Source of the DNA: a virus
Lineage: Duplodnaviria > Caudoviricetes
Length of the DNA: 64,000 nucleotides
Direction: 5' to 3' (one strand)
Virus record (IMG/VR): IMGVR_UViG_3300023073_000003
Location: 4,944-68,943 of that record
Position numbers and translations under genes: made by a program
The notes under the pieces: generated by a model
What the model saw: only the letters and a program-made list of their open reading frames with translations
Databases searched by the model: none
What the model was told of the DNA's origin: nothing
Part shown: piece by piece, positions 35,754 through 44,777 of the stretch
How positions within the stretch are numbered: the first letter of the stretch is position 1
Layout of the letters: the number at the start of each line of letters is the position of its first letter

Positions 35754-37349
35754 CTAGGTGATACCAACACCGCTAATGAACCACACGTCGGCCTGCGTTA
35801 CCCGAACGATCTTAGCGTACGCTTGAATGGCGAACGTGCGCGTTCCACCGGCAGAGGACCCCGAGCCGGCCCAAAAGATCGTGACACCCGGCGCGCCCTC
35901 GATTGTCCCGACACCGGGCCAGCAGTAGAACTCAATCGTGCTGCCGACCGGCCACGCCACCGACGCTTGGGCCGGGATGACGAACTGGCTCGGCGCGCCG
36001 CCGTTGACTTGGATCAGTTGGCCACGATGCGCGAGTGTCAGGTTGAACGGCGCGCCGTTCCCACCTGTGACAGGCTGGTCGCGCAGCCATAGCTCTTGCC
36101 CCACGTACTTCGGCAGGGCGAGGAAGTTGAACCCGGCATTGGACACCTCTGCGGTGAGCACGCCTTGCGCCACGATCCCCATGATACCGGCGGACTTGCG
36201 GTAGAGGCCCGTGTTGCTCTCGCTGGTGAAACCCAAACTCGGCACCGCCAAGGTGCCATTCGGCATGTACGTGCTGCCGAGGATGTTCACGGTGGAGCGC
36301 AGCGTGGTAATGCCGGTGACGTCGATGACACCGCCAATGCCAACGCTGCCGGTGACATTCAGCGCGCTCGTGGCCGTAACATTGCCAGAGGTATCGATCA
36401 CTATGCCCTTGTTGGCGGGCTGAGCGATGAGGGTAAGCTGCGTAGCGCCAAGGACAAACGGCGCGTACGCTGCTCCGGAAGCGTTCGTGCTGTCCACGAC
36501 ATTGCCGGAAGCAGCGCTGCTGTAAAAGCGCAGCCGGTTGGTGAGGCCGGTGAACGCTGCCAAGGTGACGTTATCCACACCATTGGCGAACAAACCGTTT
36601 ACTACGGTAAGCGAGCCCTGCGCCGTCGTGTCGCCAGCGGCGTTGATGTTGATGCCCTTAGCCGGCGTAGACGCTTGCATCTGCAGCGTAGTGCCTTCGA
36701 GAACCAACGGCTGCGGTGTGGCGATGGTGTTGTCCACACCTTGAATGATCGTGTACGTCGCGAGCGGGACAATGCGCACGCCTTTGGTGAGCCCAGTCAC
36801 GACAAAGTTATTCTGGCCATCCGCCGCTGCAGCGACATGGGCAATCCCGAGCGGGTTGGTAGTCCCGACACCGAGGCGCTCGCTGACGACAAGCCGACCG
36901 TTGGGCAGCGCGACGCCCGCGAGGCCGTTGCCGACCTGCATCGTGCCAGCGAAGTTGGTGGAGAAGCTGAGGTTCACGCCGTCGCAGAACAGCAGCGCGC
37001 CCTTGAGTGAGGGAACCGTCGCCGAGTTACCTGCCCCCGTTGTGACAATGATCGGGTCGGCGCAGTTGTTGAGGACCGTGTACATTTTCGTGATCGCCGG
37101 GATCGTCAGCGTGCGCGTCGCGCCTCCCGTCGTACCCGTCAATACGAGCCGCATGTTGCGCGCCGGCTGCGGCGCGTTGCTGTTCGCCAGCGTCAACGTC
37201 ACGTCCGCGCTCGCGAACACGATGTTCGTCGAACCAGCGAGGGCCTCCTCGATAGCTTCCCAGTTGATGTTGGTGACGTCGCCCCAAGTCGTGTTGTTCT
37301 CGCCCGTCGCCATCAGCTGGAGCTTGAGGTCGCTATAGGTGCTCGGCAT
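35754..37349 (-). CDS. tail fibre / receptor-binding protein
   Basis: STYSDLKLQLMATGENNTTWGDVTN attachment domain; Gly/Thr/Asn beta-rich repeats; PSLGF..ESNTGLY motif. Confidence 0.85.
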   Translation of the reverse strand: MPSTYSDLKLQLMATGENNTTWGDVTNINWEAIEEALAGSTNIVFASADVTLTLANSNAPQPARNMRLVLTGTTGGATRTLTIPAITKMYTVLNNCADPIIVTTGAGNSATVPSLKGALLFCDGVNLSFSTNFAGTMQVGNGLAGVALPNGRLVVSERLGVGTTNPLGIAHVAAAADGQNNFVVTGLTKGVRIVPLATYTIIQGVDNTIATPQPLVLEGTTLQMQASTPAKGININAAGDTTAQGSLTVVNGLFANGVDNVTLAAFTGLTNRLRFYSSAASGNVVDSTNASGAAYAPFVLGATQLTLIAQPANKGIVIDTSGNVTATSALNVTGSVGIGGVIDVTGITTLRSTVNILGSTYMPNGTLAVPSLGFTSESNTGLYRKSAGIMGIVAQGVLTAEVSNAGFNFLALPKYVGQELWLRDQPVTGGNGAPFNLTLAHRGQLIQVNGGAPSQFVIPAQASVAWPVGSTIEFYCWPGVGTIEGAPGVTIFWAGSGSSAGGTRTFAIQAYAKIVRVTQADVWFISGVGIT

Positions 37350-37358
37350 GGTGCTTCC

Positions 37359-37988
37359 TCATGTAGGAACGTCAGCCCACGCGGTGGGCGCTGCGTCATT
37401 CACGGGGGTCCATAGGGACGGCTGGGTGTCGTCGACCGGCACCCACATACCGGGGGGCGCGGGGGACACCGAGGTCCAGATGGATGTCTGGGTGTCGTCG
37501 ACAGGCACCCAGTTTGCGGTCTGATTATCGTTGATCATCCCCCATACGAGGGTGCTGCCAACGTAACCAGACGCTTGCACTCCGCTGAGATATACCGTGG
37601 CTTTTCCGGAAACGCCAGCGTCTCCGACGCGCGCGGCCGCGCTGACGCCGGTGAGGAAAACCTTGATGCCGAACGCATAGTCCAGCACGCCGATGGCGCC
37701 GGCCGCGCCGACGCCCGTGACCGTGACGTTGGCCTTACCGCTGGTAAGAACGTCGCCGATGGCGCCGGCCGCCGACACGCCGGTCAGGGTGGCTGTGGCC
37801 TTACCGCTGGTAAGAACCGTGCCAAGCGCGCCCACCGCGCTGACGCCGGTGACCGTGACGCTGGCCTTGGCCGCGACCGTGACGGTGCCGACGCTCCCCA
37901 GCATCTGCCCGGGGAAGTCGTCCGTGCCCCACGCACCATCGCCCCAGCTGTCGCGGCCCCAGCCCCAGCCGACGATGATGCCGGCCAT
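37359..37988 (-). CDS. virion structural protein with 22-aa TGVSA.GA.G repeats and WxPVDDTQ repeats
   Basis: GWGRDSWGDGAWG start; repeats visible in the translation. Confidence 0.75.
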   Translation of the reverse strand: MAGIIVGWGWGRDSWGDGAWGTDDFPGQMLGSVGTVTVAAKASVTVTGVSAVGALGTVLTSGKATATLTGVSAAGAIGDVLTSGKANVTVTGVGAAGAIGVLDYAFGIKVFLTGVSAAARVGDAGVSGKATVYLSGVQASGYVGSTLVWGMINDNQTANWVPVDDTQTSIWTSVSPAPPGMWVPVDDTQPSLWTPVNDAAPTAWADVPT

Positions 37989-38461
37989 TAGCTGATCCGG
38001 ATGATCGCCGTCGCTGCCGCCGGCGCCGGGAAGATGATTGTGAAATCACCTGCCGTGGCGGTCTTGTCCGACCCGAAGTCGAGCACGGCCACCGCCGGGT
38101 TCACGAGCGGCGTGTTTGCGTTCGATTGTGCCGAGGGCGTCGTGTTGTAGATCAGCGCGCCGCGCGCGGTGAGCGTGACATTGGTGAACGTCAGGTCGGT
38201 GAAGTCGATGAAGCCCGTGCCGCCCGCAGGCGGCGTGTTCACCGTCGTCACGCCGAGGTTCACCAGCGCGTTGCCGCCCGCGACATAGTTGGTGCCCACG
38301 ACCTCGTTGACGGCGCTGTAAGCCGCCGTGGAGCTATCGAGCGCCGCCAGTGACGTGTAGAGCGCCAGCTTGAACGTATCGCCCCCCACGGCCCGGAAAT
38401 CGTGCACGCCGAGCATGATTTCCGCCTTGAAGTTGCTCGTCATGCTTTGCGTGATCGCCAT
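37988..38461 (-). CDS. conserved virion structural protein
   Basis: MAITQSM..SFK...DTFKLALYTS...YVAGG...ARGALIYN...AVLDFGSDK. Confidence 0.8.
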   Translation of the reverse strand: MAITQSMTSNFKAEIMLGVHDFRAVGGDTFKLALYTSLAALDSSTAAYSAVNEVVGTNYVAGGNALVNLGVTTVNTPPAGGTGFIDFTDLTFTNVTLTARGALIYNTTPSAQSNANTPLVNPAVAVLDFGSDKTATAGDFTIIFPAPAAATAIIRIS

Positions 38462-38470
38462 CGGGGCCTC

Positions 38471-38752
38471 CTAGATTTCGAGGAGCGGGAGCAGCGCTTC
38501 GTGCCCCGTCTCGGTGAATTTATAGGCGAGCGTGCGGCGGTCGGCGCGCACCATCTCCTCCATGTAGTGGACGAGCACCCGGCGGATGTTGTCCTCGAAC
38601 ATCTGCGCCTGCTCGCGGATCGGCGCCGGCGCGGTCTCGGCGACCGTGAAGATGCGCTTGAGCGCGCGCTCGGCGATCATCTCCGGCGACGCGCCGCCGC
38701 GTGTGGTGGTCTCGATCAGGATCGAGCCCAGCGTGGCTAGTCCTTCGCTCAT
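38471..38752 (-). CDS. conserved small phage protein
   Basis: TTRGGASPEMIAERAL..I...AP.PIREQA; ATG at 38752. Confidence 0.7.
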   Translation of the reverse strand: MSEGLATLGSILIETTTRGGASPEMIAERALKRIFTVAETAPAPIREQAQMFEDNIRRVLVHYMEEMVRADRRTLAYKFTETGHEALLPLLEI

Positions 38753-39411
38753 CGTTGCTTCACCCTGATCTGGCCGGAGCGGTAGCTGTCCTCGCGGTTC
38801 TTGCCTTCGCCCAGCTGTTTGAGCAGCACCATCGCGTCGTCGTAGCGCTGCTGATACTGCTTCAGCGTGTCCTCCTCGGACTTCATGAACACCGCCGCCT
38901 CGTACAGCGCGCCGTGCAGCAGCGCGCTGGAGAAGTTGGTGCCGAGCCACGAGGTGCCAGCTGTTACAATCGACTGCGGGTAGTAGAAATAATGGAGCTC
39001 GAACTCATAGCTGAGGTCGGGCGTCGGCCCCAGCAGGTAGCTGTCCTTGTCGAAGAACGCATAGTGCGTCGGCTTGCCGTTGTCGGTTGGGTCGCGAAAC
39101 GCCTCGCGGATGAAGTTGACGTCCTTGTTGAGCAGGAAGTCATAGCTCCCGTCGACCGGGTCGACCACCGCCAGCGAAAAGTTCGACAGCCAATCCGAGG
39201 GCACCGACAGATACTTGTTCCCAGCGGTGCAGGCGCCCGTGACGTTCTTGCGCAGGTCAAGGATTTGAACAGTGTTATATATCCGCTGCTCGGCCTGCTG
39301 GATGAACGTGTTCACCTGCTCGGTCGACGTCAGCCCGACAGCCGCCAGCGTCGTCGGAAAGCTGTTTTCCGCATAGGCCCGGATGGCGTTGGCGAGCTCG
39401 TTGTAATCCAT
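38749..39411 (-). CDS. head-tail connector / tail tubular-like protein
   Basis: MDYNEL..AI..Y.E...FIQQAEQRIY...LGPTPD...ELHYFYYP...ALLHGALYEA. Confidence 0.8.
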   Translation of the reverse strand: MDYNELANAIRAYAENSFPTTLAAVGLTSTEQVNTFIQQAEQRIYNTVQILDLRKNVTGACTAGNKYLSVPSDWLSNFSLAVVDPVDGSYDFLLNKDVNFIREAFRDPTDNGKPTHYAFFDKDSYLLGPTPDLSYEFELHYFYYPQSIVTAGTSWLGTNFSSALLHGALYEAAVFMKSEEDTLKQYQQRYDDAMVLLKQLGEGKNREDSYRSGQIRVKQR

Positions 39412-39587
39412 CAGTCGCTGTTCTTGCTGTAGTGGATGCCACGGTCAGCCGCGCCGTACCCGCGCATCTTCTTCGTCGCGGTATTGGGCTTCGGGTTCGG
39501 ATAGCCGCCACCGCCGCTGTCCTTGGGGACCGCGACCTTGACCGGCATTTCCTTGTTGTACTCGTTGACGTCGCTATGCTCAGCCAT
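39411..39587 (-). CDS. small basic core-like protein, 58 aa (not in ORF track)
   Basis: Manual translation ...KKMRGYGAADRGIHYSKNSD*; GGAGG RBS. Confidence 0.65.
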   Translation of the reverse strand: MAEHSDVNEYNKEMPVKVAVPKDSGGGGYPNPKPNTATKKMRGYGAADRGIHYSKNSD

Positions 39588-39596
39588 AATGCCCTC

Positions 39597-40148
39597 CTAT
39601 GGCGTGGTCGTGACATCGCCGACAGACGCGGTCCCAGATACACCATCCGGCTCGGGGACGTTAGTCACCACGACGACAGTGCCGATGACACCGAACGCCT
39701 CGTTGGACCGCGCGAAGTCGGTCGCGACGAACACGTCGCCGATGGCGCCCTTGCCCTCCAGCACATCCGGCAGGTCGATCAGCCCGAGCACGTTGTTGCG
39801 CCCGACCGGGTTCCAGCCCCACTGAATATCGCGGCTGCCGCCCGAGGGGCCGCCAAACGCTTCATCGCTGTTGGACGGCGCGGTCTTGCTGATGCGCAAG
39901 CCGGTCATGCCACCCTGCCAGTAGGTGTTGTCCGGACGCGGGTTGCGCAGCGCCTGCGGGTCGTCGACCGGGTACATGCCCAGCATCAGCTGCGGCTGGT
40001 CAGGCGTCCAGCACGAGCGGCACGCCAGAATGTTCGTGACCACCAGCTTGACGACGAGCGGCCGCAGCCGCTTGAGCGGATACTGGAAGCCGCACACATC
40101 GCAGTTCGCGATGGCCCGCTTGCCGAGCGCGAAGCGGTTGCCAGCCAC
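39597..40148 (-). CDS. conserved virion-module protein with CxxC/CxxC
   Basis: FALGKRAIANCDVCGF...CRSCW.PDQPQL. Confidence 0.75.
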   Translation of the reverse strand: MAGNRFALGKRAIANCDVCGFQYPLKRLRPLVVKLVVTNILACRSCWTPDQPQLMLGMYPVDDPQALRNPRPDNTYWQGGMTGLRISKTAPSNSDEAFGGPSGGSRDIQWGWNPVGRNNVLGLIDLPDVLEGKGAIGDVFVATDFARSNEAFGVIGTVVVVTNVPEPDGVSGTASVGDVTTTP

Positions 40149-40858
40149 TAGATGAAATACTGACGCGGCGCGATGCGCAGCGTAGCCTTCTCCCGGTCCT
40201 CATCAGCTGCCAGCGCGAACTGCTCGTCGTAAATTTCCTTGAGCGCCGGCGTGCGCTGCGCACCTTCGGGGATTTTCATGGACAAGTAATAGGCGAGGCC
40301 CGCGACCATGGCGGGCAGGAAGCGGTACGGCACATCCATCGTCCCCGCGCCGCCGGCAGCATCCTGCATGCGGCGCAGGCGCCAGTAGACGAACGTGTAA
40401 TAGTTCGGCTGGTCGGGCACCGGCCACACCGTGATCTGTGGCGGCCGCACGCCCTCGACCGGGTACTCGGCCCCGGTCCGGCGGTCGATCCACACCTGAA
40501 TGGGGCGACCCTGCGAGTTCTTGTTGGGGATCGTCGAATAGGTATCGAGCGAGATGCGCGTGATGTTGAGGTCGCTCTGGTTCTGCCCGTTGAAATTGCG
40601 GATGACGTGGTCGACGAGATCGACCGTGTCGAGCGGCAGGTCGTAGGTCGCCTGCCCCTGCACCAGCGGGATCGCACCCTCCGCGAGCGTCCACAGGTTG
40701 TAGCCCCGGTTCGACCACTCGATGGTCAGCAGGTTGAGCGAGCGGCGCGCGGTGCGCAGGTCGTAGCCCGAGCGCAGTTCGGCCCCCGCGCGCTCGAAGG
40801 CTTCCTCGACGAGCTCGTTCAGATTGAGGTTGAACCCTGTGGTTCCGCTCGTGGTCAT
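40148..40858 (-). CDS. head completion / tail tubular A-like protein
   Basis: TTSGTTGFNL.L.ELVEEAFERAG...YDLRTARRSLNLL..EW.NRG.NLW...VWPVPD. Confidence 0.8.
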   Translation of the reverse strand: MTTSGTTGFNLNLNELVEEAFERAGAELRSGYDLRTARRSLNLLTIEWSNRGYNLWTLAEGAIPLVQGQATYDLPLDTVDLVDHVIRNFNGQNQSDLNITRISLDTYSTIPNKNSQGRPIQVWIDRRTGAEYPVEGVRPPQITVWPVPDQPNYYTFVYWRLRRMQDAAGGAGTMDVPYRFLPAMVAGLAYYLSMKIPEGAQRTPALKEIYDEQFALAADEDREKATLRIAPRQYFI

Positions 40859-41253
40859 TTCTTCTTGTTAAACCCTTTCAACGTCTCTGCGAAGCGTGCC
40901 CGCTGGCCGAGCTTCCCCGGTGCCTTGGCGGCCGTCGCGAGCGCCTTGGCGGGGATTTTTTTACCAGCGGGCACTCCCATCTGCGCGTGCAGCGCACCGG
41001 GCTTCTTGATCGCAGCCGAAATATCGAGGCTCCCGCCGGCGGCATATCCTTGCGCAAACGGGTTCCCGCCCTTGGGCTTGTCCTGCTTGAACGACGGGTC
41101 CTTACCGCCGGTAAGATTGCTCGGTTTGGCCTTACCCTTGACCGGCATCGAGTTCGGATCGCGGTCGGTCGGCTTCGTGCTGCGGACGAACGGATTGGTC
41201 TTCTTGCCACCCTTCGTCACGATGCCCATGCCACGCGAACTGCGCATCAGCAC
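40855..41253 (-). CDS. small basic head/core protein
   Basis: AIKKPGALH..MGVP.GKKIP...GKLGQRARFAETL; highly basic. Confidence 0.75.
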   Translation of the reverse strand: MLMRSSRGMGIVTKGGKKTNPFVRSTKPTDRDPNSMPVKGKAKPSNLTGGKDPSFKQDKPKGGNPFAQGYAAGGSLDISAAIKKPGALHAQMGVPAGKKIPAKALATAAKAPGKLGQRARFAETLKGFNKKK

Positions 41254-41257
41254 TCTC

Positions 41258-41584
41258 CTAGTTGCCGCGCGCGCCGCCCACCTGAATGATGGTCAGAGCG
41301 ACCGAGCCGGCGCCCGCCGTCTGGTTGAGCCGGATGCCGAGCACGAAATCCTGCAGCGCGCCAAGCTGGTTCGTCGACGCGCCGACGAGCGTGGCGATGG
41401 GGCACGGGAACCACGTCACGCCCGCCGCCGGCGGACGCAGCGGGTTGTCGAGCGTCACCTCGACCGAATAAGTCGCGGCGCCCGTCACGACCGCCTGCAG
41501 CGAGACGTTCGGCCAGCCATAGTAATCGTTGGTGGCCGCCGGGCTCGCCTGAACGGCGTTGGTCCTGAGGACTGTCGGTTGCAC
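41258..41584 (-). CDS. small beta-rich virion protein
   Basis: GTG start overlapping the upstream stop; IRLNQTAGAGSVALTIIQ.G end. Confidence 0.7.
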   Translation of the reverse strand: MQPTVLRTNAVQASPAATNDYYGWPNVSLQAVVTGAATYSVEVTLDNPLRPPAAGVTWFPCPIATLVGASTNQLGALQDFVLGIRLNQTAGAGSVALTIIQVGGARGN

Positions 41585-42549
41585 TAGCGCCTCCCTGCCT
41601 TGGTGTGCCCGCGCTTGGCGCAGCCGTCGATGCTGCCGCCCTTCGCATAGCACTTGGCCTTGGTCTTGCCGCGCACCTCGACACCACCGCCCTTGGCGTA
41701 ATTCGTGGGCGGCGTGAACGCCTTGCGGAGCTCATCATCCACCCGGTCGGATGGGGAGTTGAACTTCTTGGGCGGCGCAGCAGGACCGGACTTGGGTTTG
41801 GGCCTCCGGTCGATCTGGATGCCACCCCCGCCCCATGTCGTCGGCGGCTTGGCCGCGTCCGCGAGCATATCGTCCACCCGGTCGGATGGGGAGTTGTACT
41901 TCTTGAGCGGCTTCGGCACGGCGGTCGACGACGGCGGAGCACGGCGGTCGATCTGGATACCACCCCCGCCCCACGACGTCGGCGGCTTGGCCGCGTTCGC
42001 GAGCGCGTCATCCACCCGGTCGGATGGGGAGTTGAACTTCTTGGGCGGCCCCGCCTTGGCCGGTGGCCCGCTGACCCGCTTGTCGATCTTGATGCCCCCA
42101 TCGCCGCTCTTGGGCGGCGTGAACGCCTTCGCGAGTTCCGCATCCACCCTGTCGGAAGGCGAACTGAACTTCTTGGCCGCCGCAGGCTTCGGCTTCGACG
42201 AGCTCGCCTTGACGTCCTTGACGAGCGCGATCTTCGCCTGATCGACGGGCTCGCCAAACGCCTTGTACCCCGGCGACGGCTTGCCAGCCTTGGGGCCGAG
42301 CACCGAGGCATCGGCACCACCAGAGCCCTTGAACGAGGTGCCTGCAGCCGGCTGGGGTTTCGGCTTGGGCTTCGCCTTGGGCGCGTCGGACGCCATGTTG
42401 GCCTTGAACTGCTTGCCGTTCCAGCTAAAGTTCGAGCCCTTGCCCTTGCCACCGTCGTAGGCCGCACGGAACGCCTCGGCGAAGGTCTCCTTCTTCGCCG
42501 GCGGGTCGTTCTTGACGATGTCGCCCATCCCTTGGTCGGGCTCAGCCAT
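41584..42549 (-). CDS. basic Lys/Pro-rich protein with four ~45-aa repeats
   Basis: KKFNSPSDRVDD repeats; GAGGAGG RBS before ATG 42549. Confidence 0.75.
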   Translation of the reverse strand: MAEPDQGMGDIVKNDPPAKKETFAEAFRAAYDGGKGKGSNFSWNGKQFKANMASDAPKAKPKPKPQPAAGTSFKGSGGADASVLGPKAGKPSPGYKAFGEPVDQAKIALVKDVKASSSKPKPAAAKKFSSPSDRVDAELAKAFTPPKSGDGGIKIDKRVSGPPAKAGPPKKFNSPSDRVDDALANAAKPPTSWGGGGIQIDRRAPPSSTAVPKPLKKYNSPSDRVDDMLADAAKPPTTWGGGGIQIDRRPKPKSGPAAPPKKFNSPSDRVDDELRKAFTPPTNYAKGGGVEVRGKTKAKCYAKGGSIDGCAKRGHTKAGRR

Positions 42550-42559
42550 GGCTACCTCC

Positions 42560-43036
42560 TCAGCAAATCTTGCACTTGGTCTTGCCGCGCTTGGCAACGC
42601 CATCGATGGAGCCGCCCTTGGCGAAACCACCGATCTTGCTTGGGCTCGCTTTGGGCTTCAGCTTCGTCGAAGAGAGCGGCTTGCCGCCGGTGGCACCCTT
42701 CTTGAACGGCGTGAAACCGCCCTTGTCGCCGCCAGCGCCCTTCTTGAACGGCACGAACCCGCCCTTGCGCATGCCCGGAGGCGGAGGCGGCGCGCCGGCG
42801 CCCATCGGGGGCGGCGGAGGCATGCCCGGAGGCCCACCGGGAGGCGGACCACCCGGAGGCCCACCCGGAGGCGGCGCCATGCCGCCCAGCGGAGGCGGAG
42901 GGACCGTGCCGGGGGGCATCGGGGGCTTGGGTGGCATCGGGGGCGTCGGAGGCTTCGGAGGACCTCCAGCGGCCGCCATCTCAGGCGGTGGCGCACCCGG
43001 CATACCGGGACCGGGAGGCGGGGGCGGCATCGGCAT
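42560..43036 (-). CDS. Pro/Gly-rich low-complexity basic protein
   Basis: polyproline N-terminal half; C-terminus FAKGGSIDGVAKRGKTK shared with the next gene; AAGGAG RBS. Confidence 0.7.
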   Translation of the reverse strand: MPMPPPPPGPGMPGAPPPEMAAAGGPPKPPTPPMPPKPPMPPGTVPPPPLGGMAPPPGGPPGGPPPGGPPGMPPPPPMGAGAPPPPPGMRKGGFVPFKKGAGGDKGGFTPFKKGATGGKPLSSTKLKPKASPSKIGGFAKGGSIDGVAKRGKTKCKIC

Positions 43037-43048
43037 GGAGACGGCTCC

Positions 43049-43555
43049 TTATGCGTTGGCGAAGGGCGTGATGAACGCCGGGACGCCGATCAGCAGGCCC
43101 GTGACGAGCCACTTGTTGGCGGCAACGGCCTTGATGGTGAGGCGCGAGTTGAGCGCGCCGCCCTGCGTGGTGCCGTTGAGATTGATAACGTCGTTGGTGG
43201 TGCCGTTCGGCACGAACGTCGTCGGCGAGCCGCCACCGGCCGTGGTCTGCACCTGCCCGATGAAAACGTCGCCGGGGACGTCGGTGAACGCCTTGATCTT
43301 GTATCCGCCTGCGTTGACGGTCGTGGCGAACACGATGTCATAGTTGAGGCCGATGTTGGCGTCGGGGCCGGTCGGGATGATCAGCGGCAGGGTCAGGATG
43401 CCACCGACGCCCGCATAGTTCACGAACAGCTGGCGACCGCCATAGTCGGCGGCGCTGAGCGCCACGACCGCAGTCGTGATCGGCACGACGCTGTCGGGAC
43501 CGCTGATGAAGCCTGCGAGCGAGCGGACGGGGCCGCTGAAAGTGGTCTGACCCAT
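43049..43555 (-). CDS. virion protein following the capsid gene (capsid fibre/decoration candidate)
   Basis: MGQTTFSGPVRS..GF start; CAGGAG RBS. Confidence 0.75.
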   Translation of the reverse strand: MGQTTFSGPVRSLAGFISGPDSVVPITTAVVALSAADYGGRQLFVNYAGVGGILTLPLIIPTGPDANIGLNYDIVFATTVNAGGYKIKAFTDVPGDVFIGQVQTTAGGGSPTTFVPNGTTNDVINLNGTTQGGALNSRLTIKAVAANKWLVTGLLIGVPAFITPFANA

Positions 43556-43636
43556 GATCGTCTCCTGTGTAGCAGCACATCCCCACGCCGTCTCTGCTAC
43601 GTCCGCTAGGGCGGTCGGCGCGGGTATTACCCTAGA

Positions 43637-43807
43637 TCAAACATGCACACCCAGCGAAGGCAGGCTGCGCAGCAACCAGATCAGTACGGCGACGATGACG
43701 ATGACGTAAATAATCGTCTTCACCGTCGCATCGATGGGGACCAGCTGCAGCAAGTACAGCACGGCCCCTACGATAACGAGGACGATGAGCAGCGGGATCA
43801 GTGACAT
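43637..43807 (-). CDS. 56-aa two-helix membrane protein (Thivi_2564-like; not in ORF track)
   Basis: Manual translation MSLIPLLIVLVIVGAVLYLLQLVPIDATVKTIIYVIVIVAVLIWLLRSLPSLGVHV; GGAG RBS. Confidence 0.7.
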   Translation of the reverse strand: MSLIPLLIVLVIVGAVLYLLQLVPIDATVKTIIYVIVIVAVLIWLLRSLPSLGVHV

Positions 43808-43844
43808 GGTGCTTCTCCAACACCCCCCGGTGCCCTAACGCCCA

Positions 43845-44753
43845 TCAGGCCCCGGCAGAGCCGTACATGCCGAGCGGATCGCTCCAGCCGAAGCTGTAGC
43901 GCTCGCGGCTCTTGTAGCGCACGTTGCCGGTGTCGAAGTCGCCGTCCATCGAGTTGGCGAGCGGCACGCGGTTGAAGTGCTTGAGCCCGTTCGGCACGTC
44001 CGTCGTCAGGAACCAAGCGTCCGGATCGGTGAGGAAGTGGTTGATGGCATAGCCACCCGGGATCGAGCCGTTGTTCTTCAGCGCGTTGATGTCGTTGTCG
44101 GCGGTTCCGACGCGCTGCTCGGTTTCGAGCAGCCGGGTCGCGACGAACATCAGGCTCGGCGGAAGGATCAGCTTCTTCGGCTTGGCCGCGATCAGCAGCC
44201 CGCGCTCGTCGGTCCAGCCAGCGATCTGGATGACCGCCGCTTCGAGCGACGTCTCGTTGAGGTCGGCCGGCACGGTCGGGATGTTGGCGTTCACGCCACC
44301 GCCCACGAGCGGGTGCGCGGACGAGAACAGCGGAACCGCGTCGCCGCCCGGGTAGAGCGGGTCGAAGCCGTTGTTGAGGACAGCCGCCGCCTTGGTCTGC
44401 TTGGTGTACGACATCGCGCGCGCCAGCGCCTTGGTATAGCGCGACGACAGCGTGTCGTAGAGATTGTCCTCGATGGCCTCCTCCGTGAGGGAGAAACCGA
44501 GAGCAATCGTCTCGTGGTTGTAGCGGGCGGTGAAGGCTTCCTGCGCGTTGTCATACGCGATGGCAGAGCCTTCGTTTTTGACCGGCGCAGCCGAGAAGCC
44601 CGACAGCTTGGTCTCCTCCTCGAAGGAACGCTCGGAGCTCTCCGTCTCGAAGATTTCCTTATGCTCCTCGCCGTAGCGCTTGTATTCGAGACCGAACAGC
44701 GCGTTGAGGCCGGGGAGCAGTTCCTTGAGCAGTTGTGCGCGAGAAATCGCCAT
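43845..44753 (-). CDS. major capsid protein
   Basis: MAISRAQLLKELLPGLNALFGLEY...LIVPP.L...DFDTGNVRYKSRERYSFGWSD; strongly biased codons; position. Confidence 0.92.
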   Translation of the reverse strand: MAISRAQLLKELLPGLNALFGLEYKRYGEEHKEIFETESSERSFEEETKLSGFSAAPVKNEGSAIAYDNAQEAFTARYNHETIALGFSLTEEAIEDNLYDTLSSRYTKALARAMSYTKQTKAAAVLNNGFDPLYPGGDAVPLFSSAHPLVGGGVNANIPTVPADLNETSLEAAVIQIAGWTDERGLLIAAKPKKLILPPSLMFVATRLLETEQRVGTADNDINALKNNGSIPGGYAINHFLTDPDAWFLTTDVPNGLKHFNRVPLANSMDGDFDTGNVRYKSRERYSFGWSDPLGMYGSAGA

Positions 44754-44777
44754 GGATCAGACTCCTTGAAACGCCGA

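Noticed and set aside
4013-41115. Strict 4-kb periodicity of the CTTAC/GTAAG sites
   Set aside because: Spacing near 4, 8, 12, 16, 24 and 32 kb is suggestive, but no sites were found near 20, 28, 45 or 49 kb and extra sites break the phase.
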